From: Thermoproteota archaeon
Lineage (GTDB): Archaea; Korarchaeota; Korarchaeia; Korarchaeales; Korarchaeaceae
NCBI GenBank assembly: GCA_027492205.1
Contig: JAOZFN010000006.1
Coordinates: 103,369 to 167,368 of the forward strand
Direction: 5' to 3'
Length of the DNA stretch: 64,000 bases
Shown: positions 18,760 to 28,712 of the stretch, piece by piece
Layout of the letters: the number at the start of each line of letters is the position of its first letter
Position numbering within the stretch: the first letter of the stretch is position 1
Made by a program: the position numbers and the translations under genes
Notes under the pieces: model-generated
Told to the model about the DNA's origin: nothing
The model's database searches: none
What the model saw: only the letters and a program-made list of their open reading frames with translations

Positions 18760-19398
18760 TTAATCAAAATTAGACTCAGGCGCCCGGCGCTCTAACAGGG
18801 AGATGAGCGCGGAGAGGATGCCGATCCGCACCTCCGGGTCTCTCTCCTTACTCAGCGCGGCCCCCAGCTCGGAGGTGATCACCTCCCCGACCTCGGGCCT
18901 CGACTCCGCTATGCCTAGGAGGCTCCAGAGCGCCGAGAGGCGAACCTTCTTGACCTCCCACTCGGCCCTCAGCACCTTCAGAACCCCTTCAAGCGCTCTC
19001 CTGTTTCCAAGCTCCGCGAGCGCCCCCAAGACCTTGACCGCCGCCACGCGGAGGTCCGGTTCCACCCGCTCGAGCCACTTCTCGGCCGAGTCCATGGCGA
19101 GCCCCTCGAACTCTGGCGCGAGGTCCACGAGCAAGACCGTGAGGGCCGCCCTCAACCCGGGATCCAGCTCTTCGAACAGGCTGTCCGTCAGCCTGGAGAG
19201 GTCCTCCCATCCAGATGCGTGTGCTTCACAGATTCGGGTGAAGATCTCCCCTCGCTTCGTCTTCACAGTCGGACGTCTGCCCCTGGCAAGGGCGGCGGCG
19301 ATGGCCTCGAGTTCCTCGGCCTCGCCGACCCCTCCGGAGTTCAGAGCGGCTGCCTCCGCTGCGAGCCGGAGCGCAATAGCCCGACGACGACCTTTCAA
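18760..19398 (-). CDS. HEAT-repeat protein
   Basis: Repeated helical units (PDLRVAAV..LG, KKVRLSAL..L, DPEVRIGIL.AL); GGAGGTG SD before TTG. Confidence 0.65.
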   Translation of the reverse strand: MKGRRRAIALRLAAEAAALNSGGVGEAEELEAIAAALARGRRPTVKTKRGEIFTRICEAHASGWEDLSRLTDSLFEELDPGLRAALTVLLVDLAPEFEGLAMDSAEKWLERVEPDLRVAAVKVLGALAELGNRRALEGVLKVLRAEWEVKKVRLSALWSLLGIAESRPEVGEVITSELGAALSKERDPEVRIGILSALISLLERRAPESNFD

Positions 19399-19575
19399 TC
19401 TCGCACCTCCGGAAAACTCTTAACGGTGATGATGGGAAAATACGATCTCCCTGTCGTCAACTTCGTGCTGCAGAGTGTCAAAAGGCCCGACAGACTTTAA
19501 TTACTTATCGAGGGGGGATAGTGGAAATCTGCCCGCCAGTCCGCTCGAGGGGCGGGCGGAGGGAGTTGGTGAAAT

Positions 19576-21288
19576 ATGGTGGAACAGAGCGTCGCAGAGA
19601 GGGTTGTCAGGGTAGCAGAGAGAGAAATACCAATTGGGGGCCCCACCCCGTCCGTGAGGGAGGGTGAGAAGCTCCTAAGGAGGACGCTCTCGCTGTGCCC
19701 CGAGTGCTACAGGCTGCTCCCGGCCGTGGTCTTTGAGAGGGACGGTAAGGTCTTCATTCGCAGAGTCTGCCCCGAACACGGGGAGATTGAGGAGCTCTAC
19801 TGGGGAGACGCTAGGTTCTACGAGAGGGCGTTCCGTTTCGAGGTTCCACCGATGAAGATTGAGCCGATCGTCCCCATGACTGCCCCGTGCCCGTTCAGCT
19901 GCGGCCTCTGCCCGGCCCACGGCGACATGACCGCCCTCGCGAACATAGTGCTGACCAACAGGTGCAACCTCGACTGCTGGTACTGCTTCTTCTACGCGGA
20001 GAGGGCTGGATTTGTCTACGAACCGTCTCTGGAGCAGATTAGGCAGATGGTGAGGGTTCTCAGGAGAGAGAGGCCCGTTCCAGGTCTGGCCGTCCAGCTA
20101 ACTGGGGGCGAGCCCACGCTGAGGGAGGATCTGGTCGACATCATCTTGATGATCAAGGAGGAGGGTGTAAGGCACATCCAGCTCAACACCCACGGCATAA
20201 CGTTCCTACAGAAGCCTGAGCTGATGAGGCAGGTCAGGCAGGCCGGAGTCAACACGATGTACCTGAGCTTCGACGGGGTCAGCCCGAAGACCAACGTGAA
20301 GAACCACTGGGAGATCCCCTACATCCTCGACATAGCCAGGGAGTCGGGCATGACCAGCATAGTGCTCGTTCCCACCGTGATAAACGGGTTCAACACGCAC
20401 GAGCTCGGAGACATCATTCGCTTCGCGGCCCTGAATATCGACGTCATCAGGGGGGTGAACTTCCAGCCCATCTCCCTGACCGGCAGGGTGCCTAGGTCAG
20501 AGAGGGAGAGGCTGAGGATCACGATCCCCGACGTGATAAGGCTCATCGAGGAGCAGACCAACGGCCAGATCCCGATGGACGCCTGGTACCCCGTGCCATT
20601 CGTGACATTCTTCAGCGACCTGGTCGAGGCCCTGACCGGCAAGCCCCAGTTCAAGATGACCAATCACCCGGCGTGCGGGGCGGCGACGTACGTGTTCCCC
20701 GAGTTCGAGCGCGTCGACGGGGAGAGGCGCGTGAAGAGGTTCGTCCCGATAACCGACTTCATAGACGTAGAGGGATTCAGGGAGTACGTGCTGGAGAAGG
20801 TAGAGGAACTCAGGGCCGGCGCCAACAGGTGGGTGACGCTCCTCAAGATCGCCGCCAACCTCTCCAGGTTCATCGACAGAGAGAGGCAGCCCGAGGGAAT
20901 CAACGTGCTGGCGCTCATGAGGCATGTCCTCCTCAGAAGGAACTACGATGCCCTGGCGGAGTTCCACTACAAGTCGCTGTTTCTCGGCATGATGCACTTC
21001 ATGGACCTCTACAACTACGATGTGCAGAGGGTTATGAGGTGCAACATCCACTACCTCTTGCCCGACGGGAGGGTGATCCCGTTCTGCACGTTCAACGTCC
21101 TGCCGGACCTCTACAGGGACTACATCCAGAGACGGCACGGAGTCCCCTTGGAGGAGTACGCCAGGACCCACGGGGCCAGGATGATCGGGCCTGAGAGCAA
21201 GTACAGGAGGGACGTGAAGAAGCTCGAGGCCGGAGAGCCCTACAAGAGGACCTACGCGCCCTTCATGCACCTCTGGAAGAAGTCCTGA
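19576..21288 (+). CDS. tes: Tetraether lipid synthase (Tes/GDGT-MAS) radical SAM enzyme
   Basis: SLCPEC..CPEHG rubredoxin-like motif, CPFSCGLC..H, TNRCNLDCWYC, GVNFQP, HP.CG, FMD.YNYD..RV.RC.IHY...DGR.IPFC. Confidence 0.9.
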   Translation: MVEQSVAERVVRVAEREIPIGGPTPSVREGEKLLRRTLSLCPECYRLLPAVVFERDGKVFIRRVCPEHGEIEELYWGDARFYERAFRFEVPPMKIEPIVPMTAPCPFSCGLCPAHGDMTALANIVLTNRCNLDCWYCFFYAERAGFVYEPSLEQIRQMVRVLRRERPVPGLAVQLTGGEPTLREDLVDIILMIKEEGVRHIQLNTHGITFLQKPELMRQVRQAGVNTMYLSFDGVSPKTNVKNHWEIPYILDIARESGMTSIVLVPTVINGFNTHELGDIIRFAALNIDVIRGVNFQPISLTGRVPRSERERLRITIPDVIRLIEEQTNGQIPMDAWYPVPFVTFFSDLVEALTGKPQFKMTNHPACGAATYVFPEFERVDGERRVKRFVPITDFIDVEGFREYVLEKVEELRAGANRWVTLLKIAANLSRFIDRERQPEGINVLALMRHVLLRRNYDALAEFHYKSLFLGMMHFMDLYNYDVQRVMRCNIHYLLPDGRVIPFCTFNVLPDLYRDYIQRRHGVPLEEYARTHGARMIGPESKYRRDVKKLEAGEPYKRTYAPFMHLWKKS

Positions 21289-21344
21289 TTGCCCTCTGTC
21301 TCCCTCTTTCTCAATTTTTGTTCCCACCGTGGGAGAGGGTAGGG

Positions 21345-22481
21345 GTGAGCCGGGAGAGGCGCCACGTTGCCGTGGTGGGGGCCGGGCCGACGGGGATCAC
21401 GGCGGCGAATCTCCTCGCCGAGAGGGGTCTCGATGTGGTCCTGATATCCCGAGAGCGAGAGCCCGGCAGACCCACGATCTGCGGCGAGTTCATTCCGGAG
21501 CCAGGGTGGGCGAGGTCCATCCTCCCCGAGCACCTGTGGTGGGTCGTCGACTACACGTATGAGCTCCTGGATCTTCCGAGGACCACTCTGACGAGGATCG
21601 ACGTCCTGGAACTGAGGCTTGGATCGAGGAGGGTCGTCGAGCTGGAGTTCCCCTCCAGGGTCTTCGACAGGGCCAGATTCCTCCGCGCAGCCGCTCGCCG
21701 GGCCGAGAGGCTTGGCTCAGAGCTCAAGCTGGGAACCGCCGTGTCCGGGGTCGAGCTTCAGAGGGACGGCGTGAGGCTCTTCCTCAACGGGGGGAGGGGG
21801 GCCACCTCCCTGTACGTGGACTGGCTCGTGGCCGCGGACGGGGTCCCCTCCACCGCCGCCAGATCCGCGGGCCTGGGTCCGTATCGAGAGGTGGCCCTGG
21901 CGGTCAACCAGAGGAGGTCTCGGGTGAGGTACCCCGAGGACCGCCTGCTCATGTGGGTCGACTCCAGGGTGGCGCCCGGCGGGTACGCCTGGATAATCCC
22001 GAGGGGGAGGGGGACCGCAAATGTGGGGTTGGGTTACCCTCTCCCCTCCCCCCGCTCGGCGGCCGAGTACTTCTCGAACCTTGTCGCCAGGCTCCCTCAG
22101 CTATCCGACTCTTCGCCCGAGGATGAGCTCAGGGGCAGAATTCTCCCCGTGGCTGGCCTCAGGGACCGCCTTCACGTCGGTCGGCTTCTCCTCGCCGGTG
22201 ACGCCGCGGGGACGTGCATACCCTCCAACGGGGGCGGAATAAACACAGGGATGATATCGGGCGCGCTGGCCGGGAGCTCTATTGCCGACGGCGGAGGCGG
22301 AGCGGCCTACGAGTCAGCGATGAGGGCCCACATAGCGCCGATCCTGGGCAGGGCGCTGAGGTTCAGGAGGATCGCCACCCTCCTGATGAAATACGCGCCG
22401 GTCTGGGACCTGGTGTCGGCGATCCTTCCCAAAGGGCTGGTCAGGTCGGCGGTTACTCTCTCCGACTGGCCAGGGGCCTGA
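21345..22481 (+). CDS. Geranylgeranyl reductase family flavoprotein
   Basis: VVGAGPTG, CG, AADG, PGGYAWIIP, GDAAG...P.NGGGI. Confidence 0.88.
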   Translation: MSRERRHVAVVGAGPTGITAANLLAERGLDVVLISREREPGRPTICGEFIPEPGWARSILPEHLWWVVDYTYELLDLPRTTLTRIDVLELRLGSRRVVELEFPSRVFDRARFLRAAARRAERLGSELKLGTAVSGVELQRDGVRLFLNGGRGATSLYVDWLVAADGVPSTAARSAGLGPYREVALAVNQRRSRVRYPEDRLLMWVDSRVAPGGYAWIIPRGRGTANVGLGYPLPSPRSAAEYFSNLVARLPQLSDSSPEDELRGRILPVAGLRDRLHVGRLLLAGDAAGTCIPSNGGGINTGMISGALAGSSIADGGGGAAYESAMRAHIAPILGRALRFRRIATLLMKYAPVWDLVSAILPKGLVRSAVTLSDWPGA

Positions 22482-23700
22482 TATCTCTGAGCTTAATCCT
22501 CGCTCTCTTGGGCGGACTCCCCCAGACGACGAGCACCTCATCGCTCTCGAGCTTCCTCAGCTCTCGAAGGCTGTCCCTGTCGAAGAGTCTGAGTCCCCCC
22601 AAAACTTGAGACTGCCAGGAGACCCTCATCCCTGGGCAGAGAACCAGCACGGGGAAGGCGTCCCAAATCCTCGCATCGGCGCTCGAGTCCACGGCGAGGA
22701 TGAGGCCCCTCTCAGACATCTTGGAGATCAGGTCAATCAGCTCGGCCCTGAGTCTCCTGTCGGCGTCCCGAGACACAGACGCTGACAGCGCGGTAGCTAC
22801 GAGGAAGGATGGGTAGTCTGTGGAGAGCCCCTGCATTGCCACTAAGATGGCAGCCGACTCTCTGACCGTGGCGGGCTCAAGGGCTGAAAGGTCGACCACC
22901 AGCGCCCCGAACCTCGGCATCGCGTCTATTACCGAGACCCTCACCCCGCCGGAGAAGCTCCTTGCCAGCGTCCTAAGGTCAGGCGGAGAGGTGAGGTCCC
23001 TCGCCAGCGAGTCGAGTGACCTGTTCCTCAGCGCGGCCTCGACCGCCGCGGCGTTACCTCCGCAGGCCGCCGACAGTATGCTCGCGGCCTTGAGGTAGTG
23101 CTCTGGCCTGGCAGTGGGGCTGACCAGGTCCATATCCTCGGGGCCGACCTCTACATACGGAGAACCCAGCTCGTCGAGTTCCTCCTCTGCAACGCCGACC
23201 GTGTCCACCACCACAACCCTGAGGGGGGAGGCCGCGGCGGCCGCCGCCATCCTGAAGGCGACTCTGGCCGAGGACCTCAGGTCCGGACCGACGACGAGCA
23301 GGGACTCAAATGCCCGCGGGAGAGCGGGGATGCCACACCCCACCGACGCCTCCGCGACCCCTCCCCCCGAAGAACCTCGCTTCGCTCTTAAGAGGGGGGT
23401 TACGCCCTCAGTCCAGGGTTTGTACCCGGCGACGGCGGCCAGGGCGGCCCCCAGAAGCGGCGAGACCGTGTAGGCGATCGCCCCTCCGCCTATCAGCCCC
23501 AAGATGTCTGCCTGCCCGAGGCCCCTCCCCCTCCCTCCCCGAGTTGTCCAGGCCGAGGCTGTCCAAGCGAGGAGAACGGCCAGCGCCGGTGAGATCGCCA
23601 GACTGATGGGAGAATAGTGGACTTCGACGCTGAGCACGAAGAGGGCCGCGGCCAGGATAATGACTGCCTTGACGACCCGTCCTACAGCCAACACCGGCAC
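22453..23700 (-). CDS. Membrane-anchored protein with a degenerate HerA/VirB4-like domain (start uncertain)
   Basis: About 3 N-terminal TM helices, then LLVVGP, VVVVD..G and LVVDLS.L blocks with no intact Walker A. Confidence 0.5.
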   Translation of the reverse strand: MPVLAVGRVVKAVIILAAALFVLSVEVHYSPISLAISPALAVLLAWTASAWTTRGGRGRGLGQADILGLIGGGAIAYTVSPLLGAALAAVAGYKPWTEGVTPLLRAKRGSSGGGVAEASVGCGIPALPRAFESLLVVGPDLRSSARVAFRMAAAAAASPLRVVVVDTVGVAEEELDELGSPYVEVGPEDMDLVSPTARPEHYLKAASILSAACGGNAAAVEAALRNRSLDSLARDLTSPPDLRTLARSFSGGVRVSVIDAMPRFGALVVDLSALEPATVRESAAILVAMQGLSTDYPSFLVATALSASVSRDADRRLRAELIDLISKMSERGLILAVDSSADARIWDAFPVLVLCPGMRVSWQSQVLGGLRLFDRDSLRELRKLESDEVLVVWGSPPKRARIKLRDIRPLASRRE

Positions 23701-23827
23701 CCGCTCTGCCGCAGGCCGGGGGGCACAGTTTTCAAAGCTTCCCAGCCATCCTGCCGGGACCGATGACTTAATAAGCCCCCTGTAAAACGGGCGTAATATA
23801 TCGTAAAACCCCGTGAAGGTGAAGCGC

Positions 23828-24262
23828 ATGATAGCTCAGCCCTGCGAACTCGTTGTAAAGACGCTGATCCCAGCGATAAGGGCGATGGTGGCGAGAGAGC
23901 TGGTTATGAACTCGGGGAAGAAGCAAGTTGAGGCGGCCGAACTCCTCGGAGTCACTCAGGCGGCCATTAGCCAGTACCTGAGGGGGACCAGGGGAGGAAA
24001 GCTGAGGCTGGACAAGTACCCAGAGGTGATCTCCATCGTGAAGAGGTTGGCCCGAGGATTGGCCGAGGGCAAGCTCGGGAAGGACGAGGCGGCGATCCTG
24101 GTCTGCGAGGCCTGCTACACGGCCCGTAAGCTCGGAGTCTTCTGCGACTCGGATGTCGGGTCCAGGGAAAAATACGCGGAGACGGCGCAGCTCATCTGCA
24201 AGTACGACGCCATGAGGCCTGAGCTACTCAAGAAGGTCTCTCCCAAAGGCTCTCTTGACTAG
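23828..24262 (+). CDS. HTH transcriptional regulator (COG2522)
   Basis: PCE......PAIRA..A.EL, Q..AA..LG.TQAAISQY..G.RG, C..C. Confidence 0.88.
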   Translation: MIAQPCELVVKTLIPAIRAMVARELVMNSGKKQVEAAELLGVTQAAISQYLRGTRGGKLRLDKYPEVISIVKRLARGLAEGKLGKDEAAILVCEACYTARKLGVFCDSDVGSREKYAETAQLICKYDAMRPELLKKVSPKGSLD

Positions 24263-24401
24263 CCCTAAACCAAAGTTACAATCCAAGAGGAAGGCCAACG
24301 GTCTCGCTCCGCCTGCCCTCAAGGGGCCAGAGAGATTGCTCAGACTCCAAAGGGGATAATATTTTTACGATTCATTGAGGGGGGGCTTCGGGTGTCGGCT
24401 C

Positions 24402-25748
24402 TTGGAGGAGGTTCCCAAGATACTTGTCGAGCCGCCCGGCCCCAAGGCCCGCAAACTCCTCGAACGGGATCAAAGGGTCATCTCGCCGTCCTACGTGAGG
24501 TTTTATCCCTTGGTGGTCGATCACGCTAAGGGTGCCCTCGTCTATGACGTTGACGGCAACGTGTACATAGACCTCAACTCGGGCCTGGCCGTCATGAACG
24601 TTGGCCACGGGCACCCCGAGGTCCTCAAGGCCATAAAGGAGCAGGCGGATCTCCTACTTCACTACTCGAACACGGACTTCTACTACGAGCCCTCCGTCAG
24701 GCTAGCCGAGAAGCTCGTCGAGATCACGCCGGGAGACTTCAGGAAGAGGGTCTACTTCGGGAACAGCGGGACAGAGGCAGTCGAGGCTGCGCTCAAGATG
24801 GCCCGCTGGCACACCAGGCGGCAGTACTTCATCGGCTTCATAGGGGCCTTTCACGGCAGGACCCTCGGCTCGTTGAGCCTGACGTCAAGCAAGCCCGTCC
24901 AGAGGGGGCGGTTCTCCCCGCTCATACCGAGCGTCGTCCACGTACCCTACCCCTACTGCTACAGATGTCCGTTCAGGCAACAGTTCCCGGACTGCGGGCT
25001 CTACTGCGTGGACTTCATCGAGGAGTGGGTGCTGAACAAGTATGTCCCTCCGGACGAGGTCGCGGCCTTCGTGATCGAGCCAATCCAGGGGGAGGGTGGC
25101 TACGTCCCGCCGCCCCGGGGGTACTTCGAGCGGCTCAGGAAGCTAGCAGACAGGCACGGGATCCTGCTGATAGTGGACGAGGTCCAGTCCGGCATGGGGC
25201 GGTCCGGCAAGTGGTGGGCCATCGAGCACTGGGGGGTGGTGCCCGACGCCATCACCTCGGCCAAGGCCCTCGGTGGAGGGCTGCCGCTCGGGGCACTGAT
25301 AGCGAAGGAGGAGCTTATGGACTGGGTCGGAGGGTCCCACGCCAGCACGTTCGGCGGCAACCCCGTCTCGTGCGCCGCCAGCCTCGCGACGATCTCCGTC
25401 ATCGAGAGGGAGAACCTGGTTGAGAGGGCAGCGAAGCTCGGAGAGGAGGTGAAGAAGCGGCTGGTGGACGCCATGAGCGAACACCCGCTGGTAGGAGACG
25501 TCAGGGGGAAGGGCTTCATGATAGGCGTCGAGCTCGTCAAGGACAGGGAGACCAAGGAGCCAGCGAAGAAGGAGGCGGCGGAGGTCATGATGCGGGCCTG
25601 GAAGAGCGGCGTAGCCGTGATCACGGCCGGCGTCAGCACAATCAGGATAGCCCCGCCCCTCAACATACCGGAGGAGTACCTCTGGAAGGCCATCGACATA
25701 ATCCTGGACAAGATGGGAGAGGTGGAGAGAGAGAAGGGGATGTCCTGA
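24402..25748 (+). CDS. Class III PLP aminotransferase (ornithine/GABA/lysine omega-AT-like)
   Basis: DVDGN.YID, NSGTEAVE, FHGRT, EPIQGEGG, DEVQSG.GR.G, AK.LGGG, HASTFGGNP. Confidence 0.9.
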   Translation: MEEVPKILVEPPGPKARKLLERDQRVISPSYVRFYPLVVDHAKGALVYDVDGNVYIDLNSGLAVMNVGHGHPEVLKAIKEQADLLLHYSNTDFYYEPSVRLAEKLVEITPGDFRKRVYFGNSGTEAVEAALKMARWHTRRQYFIGFIGAFHGRTLGSLSLTSSKPVQRGRFSPLIPSVVHVPYPYCYRCPFRQQFPDCGLYCVDFIEEWVLNKYVPPDEVAAFVIEPIQGEGGYVPPPRGYFERLRKLADRHGILLIVDEVQSGMGRSGKWWAIEHWGVVPDAITSAKALGGGLPLGALIAKEELMDWVGGSHASTFGGNPVSCAASLATISVIERENLVERAAKLGEEVKKRLVDAMSEHPLVGDVRGKGFMIGVELVKDRETKEPAKKEAAEVMMRAWKSGVAVITAGVSTIRIAPPLNIPEEYLWKAIDIILDKMGEVEREKGMS

Positions 25749-25815
25749 GGGAACTTACTACCATAAGGCGGGCGTCGAGCGCCCGTCTTTTTTACCCTCG
25801 GTTTCGATACTGCAG

Positions 25816-26076
25816 GTGTCTCGGTTGGGAGGGTGGCCCAGGCGACTCGCCGCGATGGCGCTCGTGGCGGCGTTGGCGAGCACCACGGTAGCTCTAGCGA
25901 TCCCATATCAAGTCGTAGTCGTTTATCTACCTTATGAGAGGGTTTCCGAGGAGCACGTTGTCCATTGGACCGGGATAGGAGCACCTCAGCCGGCGCCCGA
26001 CCCCCCCGCGGCTATATGCGTGCCGCCTCATCCGCCGCTCAGGGGCCTGCTGACCTCCCTCCCCGCGCCGATCTGA
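25816..26076 (+). CDS. Small hypothetical protein, hydrophobic N-terminus and Pro-rich tail
   Basis: ORF fills the intergenic gap and has a signal-like segment; no family recognised. Confidence 0.35.
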   Translation: MSRLGGWPRRLAAMALVAALASTTVALAIPYQVVVVYLPYERVSEEHVVHWTGIGAPQPAPDPPAAICVPPHPPLRGLLTSLPAPI

Positions 26077-26179
26077 CGCCGCCCCTCTCTACTGAATTTT
26101 TTATTTTATCTGAGAGAGACGGTGACCTACAAGGAGGCCTCGCCTCCTTAGCGGTACAAATTGGAGGGAGGGACGAGTC

Positions 26180-26407
26180 ATGGAGGCAAAGCTGGTTTCA
26201 GACGATGTAGCAGCCAAGCTGAGGGAGAGGGGATACGTCATCAAGAGGTACCCGACCAAGACCGTGGCCGAGTCCAGCTCGGGGTGCCTGGTGGTCTTCA
26301 AGCACGGCGGCTGGGTGTCCATATCCTACCAGGGCCGGGCGGTCAGCGCCCACCTGTCTCTCGATAAGGGCAAGCTTGAGGAGGAGGTTCGGGAGGCCTC
26401 CTCCTGA
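26180..26407 (+). CDS. Small hypothetical protein
   Basis: ATG after a purine-rich SD-like tract, genome-typical codon usage, upstream T/A-rich promoter. Confidence 0.6.
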   Translation: MEAKLVSDDVAAKLRERGYVIKRYPTKTVAESSSGCLVVFKHGGWVSISYQGRAVSAHLSLDKGKLEEEVREASS

Positions 26408-26528
26408 ACTCACACTTTTCTTGCGGGGGTTCGACCCACCGGGCACGGGACGGTGCCGATTTTCGGCGACCTTACACGACCGCATAATATAAAAGCGGGG
26501 ATCTTATGCTTTACGTGGGGGTGATTGG

Positions 26529-27608
26529 ATGGGCAAGGTCAGGGTGGCCTTGGCGGGCGTCGGGAACGTTGCCTCCGCGATCGTGCAGGGTGTCTATTTC
26601 TACAGGGATGCCCCGGATGACAGCTTCGTTCCGGGGCTGATGCACGTCAAGTTCGGCCCTTACCACGTGTCTGACATCGAGTTCGTGGCGGCCTTTGACG
26701 TGGACGAGAGGAAGCTGGGTAAGGACCTGTCTGAGGCGATATTCTCACCTCCTAACTGCGTGCCCAAGTTCGCGGACGTTCCCAAGCTGGGGGTCGAGGT
26801 CCTCAAGGGGCCCGTGCTGGATGGGGTGGCCCCGCACATGAGGGACTTCAAGTACGGCGAGGGCTTCAAGGTGGACGACTCCAGGCCCAGCGTCAACGTC
26901 GCCGATGTCCTGAAGGAGGTCGGCGCCGATGTGCTCGTGAACCTGGTTCCCGTCGGCTCCTACGAGGCCAGCAGGGCATACGCCAGGGCGGCGCTGGAGT
27001 CGGGCACCGGATTCGTCAATGGGATACCCGAGTTCATCGTCAGCGACTCAGAGTGGGGCAAGAAGTTCGAGGAGGCTGGCGTGCCCGCCGCGGGCGACGA
27101 CTTCAAGAGCCAGCTCGGCGCGACCATTCTCCACAGGGCCATCGTCGACTTGGCCGTGGCCAGGGGCCTCAAGATTATCGAGACCTACCAGCTGAACATA
27201 GGAGGCAACACAGACTTCCTCAACATGATCGAGGAGGACAGGCTCACCACCAAGAGGATCAGCAAGACGGAGGCGGTCACCAGCCTCGTCCCGTATGAGG
27301 TCAAGGCAAGGATCGGCCCCAGCGACTTCGTTCCATTCCTCGGCGACAGGAAGGTCATGTACGTCTGGCTCAAGGCCGAGCAGTTCGGCGGGTTCCCGAT
27401 CTACATCGACGTCAAGCTGAGCGTCATGGACTCGCCGAACGCCGCAGGCGTGGCGATCGACGCGATCAGGGCCGTGAAGATAGCGAAGGACAGGGGAATC
27501 GCCGGGCCTCTGGTCGGGGTCAGCGCATACTTCTTCAAGCACCCGCCCAAACAGTACCCCGACCCGGTGGCCAGGCAGATGGTCGAGGACTTCATTAGGG
27601 GAGGCTGA
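26529..27608 (+). CDS. ino1: myo-inositol-1-phosphate synthase
   Basis: GVGN.AS, GDD.KSQ.GAT, YQLNIGGNTDF, KRISKT, DSPN.AG. Confidence 0.95.
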   Translation: MGKVRVALAGVGNVASAIVQGVYFYRDAPDDSFVPGLMHVKFGPYHVSDIEFVAAFDVDERKLGKDLSEAIFSPPNCVPKFADVPKLGVEVLKGPVLDGVAPHMRDFKYGEGFKVDDSRPSVNVADVLKEVGADVLVNLVPVGSYEASRAYARAALESGTGFVNGIPEFIVSDSEWGKKFEEAGVPAAGDDFKSQLGATILHRAIVDLAVARGLKIIETYQLNIGGNTDFLNMIEEDRLTTKRISKTEAVTSLVPYEVKARIGPSDFVPFLGDRKVMYVWLKAEQFGGFPIYIDVKLSVMDSPNAAGVAIDAIRAVKIAKDRGIAGPLVGVSAYFFKHPPKQYPDPVARQMVEDFIRGG

Positions 27609-27707
27609 CCCCTCAACCCCCTTTTTGGAACAGTCTTTTCCAATTCTGAGCCTGCCCCGGGCCGACCGGGGTGTTAATATATTCGGGCGACCGCTGACCA
27701 ACCAACA

Positions 27708-28712
27708 ATGCCCATCAGGGCCAGGGCATCAGCTCCCTCTCAGGCATTCCTGCTTGGAGAGCACGCCGTCCTATACAGGCAGCCGGCTCTGGCAGCCTCC
27801 ATAGACGTGAGGTCTCACGTCACGGTGGAGGTGACTTCCAAGCCGGGAGTGGTGGAGATAGAGTCTACAGCCTTCGAGTCCGGTCTCCTGGCCAGGCTGT
27901 CTGGGGGGTACTCGCTGGTCGATGTGAGGGGGCACCCGGCGCTCGAGCCCCTGGCCAGGGGAATTGCCGGATTCCTTGGGAGATGGATGGGGCGCGACGT
28001 CGGTCTCAAGGTGGAGATCGACTCGGACGTACCGGTCAACAGCGGGATGGCGAGTTCCGCGAGCGTCTCGGCCGCGCTGGTGGCCGCCGCCTCTAGGGCC
28101 CTCGGACTGGACCTCTCCCGTGAGGAGATCTTGGAGGAGACCTACTCTTTCGAGACCATTATACACGGGAAGGCCAGCAAGACGGGCCCAGCCTGCGCGG
28201 TCCTCGGAGGCATAATATGGATAGAGTGGTCGGACGGAGGTATGTCCGCCGAACCCCTTGGCGAGGCGCCGAGTCTGAGCTTCGTCATGGGGATTACCGG
28301 GAGGCCCAGCAGGACCAAGGAGATGATTGAGAGGGTTGCCAAGCTGGCAGAGGAGGTGCCCGCTCCCCACGCCAAGATAGTCTCCGCGATCGGAGATCTC
28401 GTCCGCTCCGGAAAGGAGGCGCTGATTTCCGGCGACGCGGCCGCCTTGGGGCGCCTCATGAACGTGAACCACGGCCTCCTCGCCGCCCTCGGCGTCTCCT
28501 CACCCGAGCTAGACCGCATAGTCTGGGCTGCCAGATCCGCCGGCGCGCTTGGCAGCAAGCTCTCGGGCGCCGGCGGTGGAGGCTGCGCCGTCTCGCTCAG
28601 CGAGAAGGGTGCGGCCGAGAGGATAGCCTCGGCCATAGAGGAGTGCGGCTTCAGGTCTCTCCCCGCCCCCCTGGCCGAGGAGGGCGTTCGAATCGAGGAG
28701 GTGGTATCGTGA
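27708..28712 (+). CDS. mvk: Mevalonate kinase (GHMP family)
   Basis: LLGEHAVLY, P..SGMASSA, E...HGKAS, GSKLSGAGGGG. Confidence 0.82.
   Translation: MPIRARASAPSQAFLLGEHAVLYRQPALAASIDVRSHVTVEVTSKPGVVEIESTAFESGLLARLSGGYSLVDVRGHPALEPLARGIAGFLGRWMGRDVGLKVEIDSDVPVNSGMASSASVSAALVAAASRALGLDLSREEILEETYSFETIIHGKASKTGPACAVLGGIIWIEWSDGGMSAEPLGEAPSLSFVMGITGRPSRTKEMIERVAKLAEEVPAPHAKIVSAIGDLVRSGKEALISGDAAALGRLMNVNHGLLAALGVSSPELDRIVWAARSAGALGSKLSGAGGGGCAVSLSEKGAAERIASAIEECGFRSLPAPLAEEGVRIEEVVS

Noticed and set aside
19392-19417. GTTTT...ATTGAAAG on the minus strand resembling a CRISPR repeat
   Set aside because: It is the SD (GGAGGTG) and TTG start of the HEAT-repeat gene; single copy
19424-19480. C/D box sRNA upstream of tes (GTGATGA)
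   Set aside because: No properly placed D' or D box
19576-21288. Inteins in Tes, CDC48 or EF-2
   Set aside because: Lengths are normal and no splicing or LAGLIDADG motifs are present
26131-26149. Hairpin AAGGAGGC-CTC-GCCTCCTT in a 5' UTR
   Set aside because: A single short hairpin with no riboswitch consensus; insufficient evidence
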